64,000 nucleotides of DNA, taken from Utricularia gibba (taxonomy: Eukaryota; Plantae; Magnoliophyta). Made by a program: the position numbers and the translations under genes. Below are positions 1 to 11,844 of this stretch, one piece after another. Numbering within the stretch: the stretch's first letter is position 1; the number at the start of each line of letters is the position of its first letter. Where the stretch lies: NCBI GenBank assembly GCA_002189035.1, contig NEEC01000007.1, positions 1,178,001 through 1,242,000 on the forward strand, in the 5' to 3' direction. Below the pieces are notes generated by a model. It was not told where the DNA came from. It saw only the letters and a program-made list of their open reading frames with translations, and ran no database searches.

Positions 1-54
1 GCACTGCCTTTACGCTCTAGCATTTTTGTAATCTTTCTGAAATCCCGGGTTCAG

Positions 55-237
55 GGCAACGATAAAAGTAAGGAATATGTCCACATGTTGAACTCCACCC
101 TCACTGCAACCGAGAGAACTATATGCTGTATTCTGGAGAACTACCAGACCGAGAGTGGGGTTGAAATCCCAGAGGTTTTGAGAGATTTCATGGGTGGTAA
201 ATCCTTCATTCCGTTCAAGAACAATGCAAGTAAATAA
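55..237 (+). CDS. SERS: Cytosolic seryl-tRNA synthetase, last coding exon (gene starts upstream of window)
   Basis: After acceptor TTCAG (50-54) the frame reads [60 protein letters not shown]. This contains SerRS motif 3 ([13 protein letters not shown]). Confidence 0.93.
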   Translation, partial: GNDKSKEYVHMLNSTLTATERTICCILENYQTESGVEIPEVLRDFMGGKSFIPFKNNASK

Positions 238-892
238 TCAAGTAGACCACGGGGCCGTAACAGGTTTTCTTTTTGTTGCATCTTTTCAATGCTCATTGAT
301 GTTGTGGTCACCATCATATGTATGTTGTCTGGCTGCGTGAATTAGCTTTGAGTCTCTCAGATTCTGCGCACCTGACGCTACTATACTTCTGAATCTCTGT
401 TTGGCTTGGGTTTCATATAGATGATTATCTGATTTTGATTCTGTTGCTATTCTTTTAAGTAATTTTAGTCAAAAATCGAACCAAAATGAATATTTGATAT
501 CAATCTTCAAATTGAATTCAAAAGGTCAGTTTATAGATAACTTTTGATATGTAAATTAATTAAGAATGAGTTTGTAATTTAAAAATGGGTAGTTAATCGG
601 CTTTGGTTGAATTGAATCAATTGATTAATTGAAAAAAAGCCAATTGCAAAATAATTAAGTTCATTTGATTTTTTTTTCTACCAGAATCGCACTTTTTAAC
701 ATTTTCCTACATAGCTCAATCAGTTGTCACAGAAGAGATTACAGTCATTCGCAGATGAAAAAGATTACCACAGACTTGAAGTGTTGGCAGATGAGAAAAG
801 ATTACACCGTAATGAAGAGTTCTATAGCTCTGCCAGTTACCTCAAAAGACAGGGAAATGGAGTACAGGTAGTTTCATGACTATTTGGCTCCA

Positions 893-2759
893 CTATTCTT
901 TTGAGACAATCATCAGCAATCCCAGAGTCCCAATGAGTACATACTGCAACATGGGAGCTATTTCAGATCACGATATGGAAAAAGACTTTCAGTTTATACC
1001 GTGCCATTATGCCGTATAATCATTTCATTATACATATGGTTTCAGGATGAGTATAGGCTCACACACAAGGGAAGCTTCTTGCATATGAATTTTTGATAAT
1101 TATGCAGCAGAGACTAACCTTTATTATCGGCTTTTCAGTCATGAGAATGGTTACCCAACCAACATAGGGCAAGAATCTGCAAACGGGAGTGGTTTGAATG
1201 CATATCATTCAGAGATAAGATCCTTGAATTCTAGAGCAAAAATGAAAGACCCTAGAAATCATAAGCTGAACGAAACATCAGCTTACCCCACGGCTCTACC
1301 CATGATATGTTGCCTTTGTAGCCAAAGCTGGCCATGAGCATAAAGAAGTCTGTCATCCCCAAAGTTATTATCTCCTGGTTATCCAACAGAAACAAACATC
1401 ATACCAATTGTCATCGTATGTTACTGAATGATAAAGGACAGACTATACTGCACGTGGAAAATAAAGATGTAACATCACCACGCCTGAAGGAAAAATACAA
1501 GAACATGTATGAAGCTAAAGGATCTCCGTAATATGAATAACCGTAAATGCTGCAGTCATATGAAATAATTCATAAGGTGCTTATCAATGTAACACTACTT
1601 AAAAGTTGCATAAAGGAAGGTTACCTTTTGTTAGGACGTCTACCTCTCCAGTATCTTGACGTTCATGAACCTATAAATATCAAGAACGTGGTCTTACCAA
1701 ACAAGCATGATGAATATTCAGCAAAACAATATTCACATTAGAAAAAAAAAAGTAATCATTAAAATGACAGAGCAATGCAGAAGATTTGATCATTCTTGAA
1801 TTTTCTCCAACAAGATCCCACGTGGATGAAATAAAATTATACCCCTTTTTCTTTCACAAAGAAGGCAAAAAAAAAAAGGGAAAATGAGCGAGGAAGCATA
1901 GTGCTACTGCACCTTGATAACCCGGTGGACAATGGGAATTTCGCGTCCCTGCAGAAAGATGAAAAAAATCATGAGTATATAAACGCCTGCCACCTAATAA
2001 ATTATTCATCTTAAATAATTCCAACAACCCACGAGAAAAGGTTTAAAAACTTATATCCATGCCAAATAAATGACATGAAGTTGGATAATAAATCACATAC
2101 ATCGATATTAAACACAACAATCTCTCCAGCACGAATAGGGTCCTTGCTCATGTGTAGAAACAGAATGTCTCCCTGATACAAAAAGAAGGATGAAGCACAA
2201 AGAATGAATTGTCCTCTTAAGAGAAAAATGAAAACCAACCCCTAGAAGACAATCCAATGCATGACAGGTACTCACCCGCCTAAAGCCTGGCTCCATACTC
2301 CCAGAAAGAACAACAACCACAGGTGATTCGCTACCAGTAACACACATCAAGCCTTTCCATATTATGAGAGCTGATGTCACAATCATACCTGAATGAAATC
2401 TCATTAGTTTTCAGCATGTGATTAGAAAAAGTTAATTTGCTTAGAAAAATTGATACAAGTGTAACACTCGCATGAATAATTGGCCCGTTTGAAGGATGGC
2501 TGCCAAAATTCCACAATTTGAAACCAAACTGATTGAGCAGAGATCACAAAAGCAATATTTAAATAAATGTCTCTTCATTTTTTGGAAGAAATAAAGCTAC
2601 ACTGTCGATTTCAAAAACAATTCTTCAATCCCAGTCCCTTGCATCCCCCAAAAAAAGAATAACGAATTGATCGTACAAACCAAGGCTGATTGCTTGGGTG
2701 AGGAGCTGCCTCAGATTCATAGATCTCAAGGAATCGACCTGGTCGCCAATCCACCCCAT
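893..2759 (-). CDS. SEC11: Signal peptidase complex catalytic subunit SEC11 (8 exons)
   Basis: GT-AG exons 2759-2681, 2388-2276, 2172-2101, 1948-1913, 1670-1625, 1374-1287, 1176-1119, 943-893. They splice to [14 protein letters not shown]...[17 protein letters not shown]...IPIVHRVIK...[11 protein letters not shown]...LMIVSKE*. Catalytic Ser, His and Asp motifs are present. Confidence 0.96.
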
Positions 2760-3101
2760 CGCGGCACTCGGACTCCGGTCTTCAGTGGAATAAACCAATC
2801 GAAGTTGAGGAACCCTAGAATAGCACGCCCTCGCGGTCGGACACGTCAGAAAAGGGAAAACTTATGGCAATTTACCACAATTAAAACATACTCCCAAAAA
2901 TATTTTTATTTTTAAAATTGTCATTAACACTTGTACAGTCAAGTGATTTTGTCTCGTAAGCACGATAATGCTGTCGGGAGAGCTTGGCATGGGAAATTGG
3001 GACACGGCAGGAACCTTTTCATCCATCCGAGCCTTGAACAAAGATCCAGTTTGCCGCATTACGAAATGGAGACCCAAAAGGCAAATTCAATTGGAGTTCC
3101 A

Positions 3102-3152
3102 ATCCCACATCGGATTTGTAAGCCGAATAGTTGGAACCTGAAGACTACAAAA
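3102..3152 (+). promoter_or_regulatory. Plant snRNA promoter: USE plus TATA-like box, Pol II spacing
   Basis: USE ATCCCACATCG at 3102-3112 (about -77 to -67) and TACAAAA at 3146-3152 (about -33). The 33-nt USE-TATA gap is typical of Pol II snRNA genes. Confidence 0.9.
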
Positions 3153-3178
3153 CAGGCACGATCATCACCTTACTGATC

Positions 3179-3374
3179 ATACCTTTCTCGGCCTTTTGGC
3201 TAAGATCAAGTGTAGTATCTGTTCTAATCAGTTTAATATCTGATACGTGGGCCAATGGCTCACACGATATTAAATTAATTTTTATTGGGGGGAAGCTTAA
3301 GTGTTCAGCTTGCTGTTCCGGGTTTCCATGCGTCGCCTTTGCGTTGCACTGCTGCACAGGCCTGGCGCACCCCT
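3179..3374 (+). ncRNA. U2: U2 spliceosomal snRNA
   Basis: Starts ATACCTTTCTCGGCCTTTTGGCTAAGATCAAGTGTAGTATCTGTTC (branch-point pairing GTAGTA at 3212-3217). Sm-like site AATTTTTATTG at 3277-3287, stem-loop IV loop TTGCAC, and 3' box CA-N-AGTAAAA at about 3375-3390. The 3' end is approximate. Confidence 0.97.
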
Positions 3375-3681
3375 CACAATTTAAGTAAAAGGTTTCAAGG
3401 TTCAAGATCGCTGATCCTGAAAGCCAGTAGTAGCCCCACTTCTGCAAATGACTCTGAAAATTCCAAAGAGTACTTGGCATCATGGGAATAAATAATGTGT
3501 AGGACAATATTGTCACAACTACTCGTATTCTGTGGGTGTGTTTATGGTATGTATTGAAGGCAGGAGTAGTCAGCGAGACCTTTTGCCCTCTGGGGTTGAT
3601 GTTCAGCAGAATTGACACAAAAATGGGACGAGACGAGAGGCGGGATCAGAACTTTTGGGCAAAAAATTGGGGGGGAGGAGG

Positions 3682-6580
3682 TCATGAGAGGCGCAAAGCT
3701 ATCTTTTCGAGGAGGAATTTCTTTTGGGAGGCAGTGATAACACCTTTGCATTCCGCATCCACTAAGACGTCAGTCATGATAGCAGCGGCATGACCCATTG
3801 GTTCGTCTGTCCCAGATGCTTTTCTAAGCATAAAAGCCTGTGGATTGATGGATGCACAAGGAAGAAAGTCATGTTGTAGTGAAGACGATGCAGGTCTCTG
3901 TAGTTACATAGAGAGGAGAGGGTACCTGTCCGTGGTGCGATATCTCCAAACACCCAGGCTGCTGTATAAAAGGCTCCCCGTCGATTTGGACAGGGAAAGG
4001 ACATGTTAAATGTATCCTTATTGATTTTCCTTGCGCCAGTCTTGTTGCTCGTGAGAGTCCAACCTGCGTAGATAGAATCACGTGCGTCATTTAAAATCAT
4101 AAGGTGCTGAAATGACCCACAATCCTTTAAGCTTGTCCTTGAATAAAAAGCTACCCAGAGTAATAGAACCGAGTAAAGTTATCCATTTAATATGACCAAT
4201 TTGATCGTAACTGAGCCCCTGTATTAAGCACCTAATGAATCGGAAGAAGTTTCGAACCTGAAGTTTGCCAAGGTGCCATGATCCGGTAACACAAACAACT
4301 TCAAGGACTTTGTCGTGCATGTATTGATGGTCAAAATCATCATCATGTTCATGATCATTTTGCCAAAGGTCTACTCCGCCCATGTAGCTGTTGATATTGA
4401 GCACTATCAAACCTTCAGCATCCTAGAAGCCAAATGTGTCAGAAGAATATTGAAACAGAAAAGTATTTAGATTGATAGTTATTGAATGGTTGCGTACTAT
4501 CCGCAGACCTGGGGAATCTCAATATTCTTGCCATCCACTTCAAGCCAGACTTGCCATGGCAAGTCTGCACAGGCACGGTCTACCATATCCCGAGCACCTT
4601 CTTTTGCATATCTTAATTTATTTACAAACTGTTGTAAAAGAACTGTTAGCATTGTATAAATGGCAAGCAATGAGGGAAAATTCACTAGCATCTCCAGATG
4701 TTTCTTAAGATATAAATGTATAATACCTGACTCTTAAACTTGTCAGGGTTTACTTCCCTATTCATGTGAAATTCATAAGCAACCTTGGCGTCACACCCAA
4801 CACCTGTAAAACAGGAATTGAAACCATTTAGAAATGAAAAAACTCTGAAACACAAAATTCGGCATAGAAAACAAGTCTTCAGTAAACACACTGAAAACAC
4901 CCAACTTACCTAAGTAGTTCATCATGAACTTTGATTTATCTTTACCACTTTTACTTTCATCTATCATGTTGACCTTCCATCGATCAAGCATAGTAATTGC
5001 TGAATTATCTACATCATGAAAAAAGGAGCTCAAGGCGCCTTGCTTTTGAACAACAGAAAAACCCCCACCCCAGTGCAGAACCCTGGACAAATCATTTCCA
5101 GTTCCTAGGGGAAGAACAGCTACTGGAGGCGGTGCCTCAAAATTGAACTTCTCTATCGCATCAAGAACCCAAGACACTGTGCCATCACCACCACAAACCA
5201 AAACTCGAAAGAATGACACTCGCCTAAATAGCTCTAACCCAGCCTCTGGACCTTGAGACGGACTGAGTTCAAATATCTGCGAAAACAATGGCCAAGCGGG
5301 GTGCTTAAGCAAGCATTTCTCAAATTCAGTTTTGAAAAAGGTAATAACATGAGAGCCACAGTAAAAAAATCATCGAGTTTTCAATGCAATAAATGTTTTA
5401 AACCATATTAAACACATAAATCTCAAAGACAGTTTGGTCAGATAGGCCTCGTGGCTAATTTTCAATGGAGCCAGACTCAAGAGCATACCTGCACAGGATT
5501 CAAGAGCATGTTAAGCCTTCTACGCAGGACAGGCCCACTTTTAGCTCCGCTCTTTGAATTGATGAAAACTAAAAGTGGCCTAACATCTTTAGGTAAGTCC
5601 TCAATTGCATACTTCTTTAATTTTTCAAACACATCAATTTCAATCATTCGGTTTGGAAACTCATAAGGAGTGACTTTATTGCTAAGAAATTTGGACTGAT
5701 CACTGCTTTTGTCAACCTTATCATGTAGAGCCAGCATATCACTAAGAACGTCGAAAACTGCATTTTTGGTAACACATCTTTCTGGTTGCTTGCTGTTAAC
5801 ACACCTGTTACCTCCATGTTTCTTGCGGTTTCTCTTCCCTTTAATCTGACGGCAAGCATTTGAATCAATCATGTCCCTTGTGATTGAGCCTAACATATCA
5901 CTTTCAACAATCCTCACTGATAGGGGAGTAACAATGACTCTTCTATGATAACCTAAATCACAGATGTTACCATATTTTTCGGACATCTTAACCTGGCAAT
6001 TCACATGTATGCTCCGTTGACACCATAAGCAACACCAAGCTGGAGACGTGTCAACAAAGGGAATTCCACACGGTTCATCACAGAAAAAACAGAAAGCAGA
6101 CATCTCAGGGTCATCGTTCATATTAAACCATCTTTCAGACCAATGGTGATGAACTTCAGAAAAACCAGCTTGTGCCACACACTTACAATCCATAGCTGCA
6201 ACCCGTGAACAGTTAAAATGAGCAGCAACGCCACAAACAGAACATCGTTGAACAGAGGAGAATGAAAACCCCCTCGTCCCTAAGGCTCGGGGATGAACTA
6301 ACGAGAGGCAGACACAGCATGTTGATGGCATTCCACCAGGGGTAGAATCATCCACCCATGTATGAGGCGACAAGGGAACATTCAGCTTTTTCCAAGCTTT
6401 CTTCTTTGCTCTAGAAGCAGCTTTAAGCCACTTAAGAGAAGCTTTCTTCTGCAAGTTAATGAAAGCATAAATGAGAGCAAACAGTCCAAAAGATCCCGTA
6501 ATTAGCCATCCAAAGACAAAGCCAGCGTCAGGGCTGAGACCGGCTAGCATCCTTAACAACGGAATCCCTACGTCATTCAT
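3682..6580 (-). CDS. DGK2: Diacylglycerol kinase, cluster I (DGK2-like; N-terminal TM, two C1 domains)
   Basis: Exons 6580-5489, 5276-4910, 4803-4727, 4628-4509, 4422-4258, 4063-3926, 3837-3682. Motifs include [28 protein letters not shown] and two Cys-rich C1 domains. Confidence 0.95.
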
Positions 6581-9312
6581 CACGAACGCCAAAAATTCCA
6601 CTACTACGTCAATTTATTGTTCCGATGTACTGGCGGAGCATCTCAGATCAAAAGAAAGCCGAAACCTGCGAGAAACAATACTCGTTCACGATCCAAGTGT
6701 TGTAAATCCACGTGATGATCCAACAAATTTCCCAAAATAAAAAAAACGCGCCAAATCGCACTACAATTCCATAATTAACTCAATGCAAGCGTCATAATTA
6801 CAACAAAGAAAAGAAATACGAAACATCCATTCACCTCATGGATGACGATGAAACTCGCCAGGAAGAACCGGGAAACAGATCTAAGGCGCAAGAAACATAG
6901 CACCGCCGCGTAATCCACGGGGTTCTGCACAAATGAGGCTTTCAGAACGCAGATCGGCCAACCAAAACCCTCGAAGATCGAGAAATTTGGGCCAATTCCT
7001 TTGGTTTTCCCAGCAACTTTAGAGAACGTTCGAAAAAGGGAAGGAATCGGCGCCTGCGTATTTATATACAACAAGGGGCCCCGGTAGGATTCCCGTCAAA
7101 AAAAAATGTGAACATGTTGACGCACAAAATCACACTAACGCCATCGTATTTTAATAATTAAATATCAATATTTCATATTAATTATTAGTATAAGAAAAAA
7201 AATATTAATACAACTAAAAATCCCTAATATTTTTTAGAATATTTTAAAAATTATCAATAAAAATCGGTTAATTAAATTTTATAAAAATAAAAATTATTAT
7301 TTAAATATAAATAATAAGTTTAAAGTATTTTCCGCGGGGTGGACGCGTAGTATGTAGCAGTATGGCGCATTTTGGCCACCTAGCAAAGAGGGTTGTTGTT
7401 GGTTTATTTAAACAATTTTTTATTAATATTTTTTATGATCCAAACGCCTTTTATTTTCGATTGTCCAGAAAACGATATCTCAACTTAAAAAAAAAAAACA
7501 ATTCAGGGAGTCGAGTGCAATATTTAGAAACTCAGGGATCTATTTTTTATTTTTGAGAAATGAAGATGAAATATTTTAAACTCCAAGCACCCGAAATGAA
7601 TACTTTACTTCTTAGGGGCGGTTTTCCAATTAATATCATAAAGATGGGTCTAGTCGAACGTGCCCTTGACTTAAATGGGTTTTTTTTTATGTGTTTCATG
7701 AAAATATTGTGTGCGCAAGATTAAGAATAATTATTATCCAGTATTTTGTTTTATTCCCCTTTTTTAGATAAGGAATATTGCCTGATATTGGAATATTTTC
7801 TGCATTTTGAGAATTAATTATTTAACATATAAAGTAAAGTTAATTTTCTGTAGATGGAACCACATGGACAGTAGCCTTCTCTCCCGAAGTGGCACTTCGA
7901 TTGGTTGAATCCTTAAAACACTGTGCTTCATGACTCGGAGGTCTGTGTGGAGAAAGGTGTGGGGTACGGCGAGCGCAGTGGCCGAGGCGGAGAAGATGCG
8001 ATATCATCCTATTGGCTGCCTGAAAAGGTGATAAATTCAAATCGAGATAATAGTCGCTGCTGATGGGGAAGAAGATTAGCTGGAATTTCGGTGTGTGTTT
8101 TGCGGGAGATCAAGTTGCTTTTCCCACAGTGCACAGAAGCGGGAATATCGGACGCTGGTTTGAAAAAGCGAACAAGTTCACGCGGAGAAGAACACAATTG
8201 GTTTGGTTTGTAAACGCTGTCTCTTTCCCTCGCCAACAGTCAAATGCAGGAGATGAGGTTTTTCTTACGCCATCTCAATACCTGCTTTCGTTCCAAGGAG
8301 GGGTTACTTCACTTACTTTTCCCATGATGAGTTTCAAGATTTCAGTGGAAAGTTCACTTTTTTTTACGTGGGTCTCGCTTACTTACAAGCACACCGCCGA
8401 CGCTCATGCCCATTCGCAATTTCTGAAGAAATTTGAGTTCGCGTATGCAGGCCAGCCTGGGATAGTGGAATCTTTTCACGCTACCCGCAACCTCGTTACT
8501 TTTAGACGTTACGCTTTTTCATGAAGATGGGTTGGTTGATAATTTTGATTAGAAGCAACGCTTTGATCAGGCAAGGAAATAGGATTTCTCCCGGCATTAA
8601 CAAAGATTGACGAAACGTTTGCCTTTTTATAGTTGGGGATTCAAGGAGGCCGGCATGGCGTAAAGCTCGAATCTCGGTGTATTTAAGGCGATACAAAATA
8701 TGAAATGGCGCTGTTGATTATCGGGGGAGGTTGAACTTACCGATGGACCGGAGAAACTGGCTCTGGCGGCGAAAATCTTCACAAAAGTGCCCCAGTGGTG
8801 AAACCGACAGTTTAGAATCTCTATCGTCACTTTCTGAAAGATTCTCCGACGATCAGGTTTGAAACGCTCTCTCTTCTCTTGGTTTCTCTCAAATTTCAGA
8901 TAGATTTCCATCGCATGACTGTTGTTCTGTCTCTTGCCTTCCTTCTAACACTGCGTTCTACGCGTTCTGAGTTATGATGCATCGTCCTACAAACCCAAAG
9001 CGAAATTTCTAGTCACTGCATCTGTGAAACCAAAGCAAACCTGAATTTCTTTTGTGTCTGGTGGGAGAAATTCATTCACATTTCTTTAGTCCTGAAAGGG
9101 ACCGCATGGTCTGCGTATCTGCAGAAAATGGGCCATACAGCTCACAAACTTGACTTGTCTCCCACCTAAAAGAACTTTCTTTTCCAGCTAATAGAGCGAG
9201 TCATCTTTCTCCATGTGAGCACGAACCTGTTTTATTGGTAGCTTTAGGTTGATGATGGCTCTTAGTGCAAGAGGTTTCCTGTGTGTGTTGAGATTAGTAA
9301 AGACAGAGCTCG

Positions 9313-11446
9313 ATGGTATGGACATAAAGAAAAGAACAGAAAAATATCTTACTTGAGAGAGGCATAATGGTAATGAATCTCTGATCATTGTGCAGATTGT
9401 AAAAGGTCAGCAGAACCTATACCTTGAAGTTGCCTCTACGTCTCCATCCAGGGATGAACTCGGAGAACGTGTTAAATCTCTGTCAGAAAAGTTGTCTGAA
9501 GCTCTTCTCAATATCCAGGCAAAGGAAGAATTGGTAAAACAGAATGGAAAAGTTGCAGAAGAAGCTGTTTCAGGTATGAGAAAACATGTGGCTTTTTTTG
9601 GTTGTTGCAGCTGAAGATGAAGCAGGAGGCTGATGCTGACATGAACTTGTGCACATTTTGTAGGGTGGGAGAGGGCAGAGAATGAAGTATCAGCACTGAA
9701 GAAGCTGAATGATGCCTTAAAACAGAAGAACATGATCCTTGATGAACGTGCTAGTCATTTGGATGGAGCCCTGAAAGAGTGTGTAAAACACCTCCGGCAA
9801 TCAAGGGAAGAGCAAGAAGACAAAATTTCTGAAGCAGTTTCCAATATAAAAGTTGTATGGGAATCAAAGAAGCTAGAACTTGAAACACAGGTTGTTCAGC
9901 TCTGCTCGGAACTTGAAAGTGCAAAGGCAGTTGCTAGTGACTCTTTGCTTACCGATGCCTACTCAAAGCTTGAGGAAGAGAACTCAATCCTCAAGCTCCA
10001 GTTGATTTCAAAGGACAGGGAACTGGAGTTAAGGACCAAGGAGAGAGACCTGAGCACTCAGGCTGCGGAATATGCTAGCAAGCTCCATCTTGAGAGCACG
10101 AAAAAGGTGTCGAAGCTTGAAGCAGAATGCCTTAGACTGAGAGCCATGATCAAAAGATCAGATGCCGTCAATCAGCAGACAGTAAGTGATTCATCAGTTT
10201 GTGCTGAATCTTTCAAGGATAATCTGTCTGACTGTGAAGAAAGTATAGTGTACTTTGGTAACGAGCTATGCCAACAGCTCAATGACGTAAGTGATGTTCG
10301 TACTGTAAGTCCTTGTGTCGAGATTGGCCTGATGGATGATTTCCTAGAAATGGAGAGGCTTGCAGCAGCCTCCCCTCCTGCGACACAAAAAGCAGAACAG
10401 GTTTTACAATATAAGCTGGAATCTGCAATTAAGCAAACAGAGGATGTAGGAGAGAGTTTGAAAGCCGTAACTGCTGAGAAACTAGGCTTGGAGATTGCTC
10501 TGGACAAGTGCCATATTGAACTCGAGGCCTCCAACAATGAGATCAGAAAAACAAATGACAAGTTAGTTGATCTAGAAAAGCAACTTGCTGCGGCTATCAA
10601 GGACAAAGTGAATGTGAGTAAAGAACTAGGTGCTTCAATGGTTGACATCGAGAACTTGACAAGGCTTCTTGAAGAAGAAGAGCGGAAAGTCGTAAGATTT
10701 CATGATCAGTTGACTGAAGCAAATGCTGCTAAGAACGTTGCAGCCGTGCAAATTGAGGATGCGAACAAAAAGAGAGCTGAAGCAGAGTCCTATGCCCAAG
10801 TACTAGAACATGAGTTGGGAACTTTGAAGCTTAGCTTAAGCACCCTGAAAGAAGAAGCTGAAATAGAGAGGAAAACCTCAAAAGAAGCCGCATCTAAATG
10901 TCAAAATTTAGAAGCTGAACTCTCAAAACTGAAACTAGATACCCATTCTCAGACATCCGGTTTCAAGCAAGAGATAAGAGTCCATCAACTGGAACTGGAG
11001 GATGCCAACCTGAAGAAAATCGAATTGCAAAGTCAAGTCAATGAAATGAAAATCATGCTACAGACAATGCAGTTAAGTATCATTGATTTAGAGCAGGAAA
11101 TTGAGAAGGAAAGGCACCTTTCAAGGGAAACTTTATCCAAATGTGGCAGTCTAGAAGCTGAAATCTCAAGAATTCATCTTTCTTCTCTTCCCCATGAATC
11201 TGTGGCAGTGTTCCAACTGAGTCAGGTACATGACTATTGCTTTGTTTTCATTCATCACCAAAAACCAAATATTCTGATAATGCACTGTACCTCTGATTAC
11301 TGATTCAGGAAAAAGAACTGGAAGTCGCAGCTAGAAAATTTGCAGAGTGTCAGAAGACAATCATTTCACTTGGTCATCATCTGAAATCTCTTGCATCATT
11401 TGATGATCTCTTGATCAACTCTGGAAAACCAGTGGCAGGCCTCTAG
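9313..11446 (+). CDS. Filament-like plant protein (FPP, DUF869 coiled-coil)
   Basis: Exons 9396-9573, 9664-11225, 11309-11446; the start is inferred as ATG 9313-9315 spliced over intron 9316-9395. FPP motifs: KVAEEAVSGWERAE, HLDGALKECV, IGLMDDFLEMERLA and KFAECQKTIISLG. Confidence 0.88.
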
Positions 11447-11844
11447 AGGTGTCTCATAGTTTTGAAATATGGACACGACAATTGCCTCCTTAACACTGTG
11501 CACAATGGCATTCACAAGGAGAAATACAGATTACAGAATGATTACTTCTTGAGATGTTTTCATATACATTACTATGCAGAAAGCGCATATGCAACAATTA
11601 TAGCTGAAACATATATAAGTGTCATATGAGGATGATTTAATCTTCTGTCAATAGTGACTTGCAAGGTTTTAAATTGAAGCACAAATACAGTGTCGATATA
11701 GTACAATTAAGATGATATTAAAGAAAATAATAAATTTAATTTTATTTCATTGTTAACAAAATCACTCATTCAGGATACGGAATATGAAGCCTAGCATTTA
11801 CAGCAGCCAGTGCAGCTCATTGCAAATGCGGTTGTCTTAGCATC

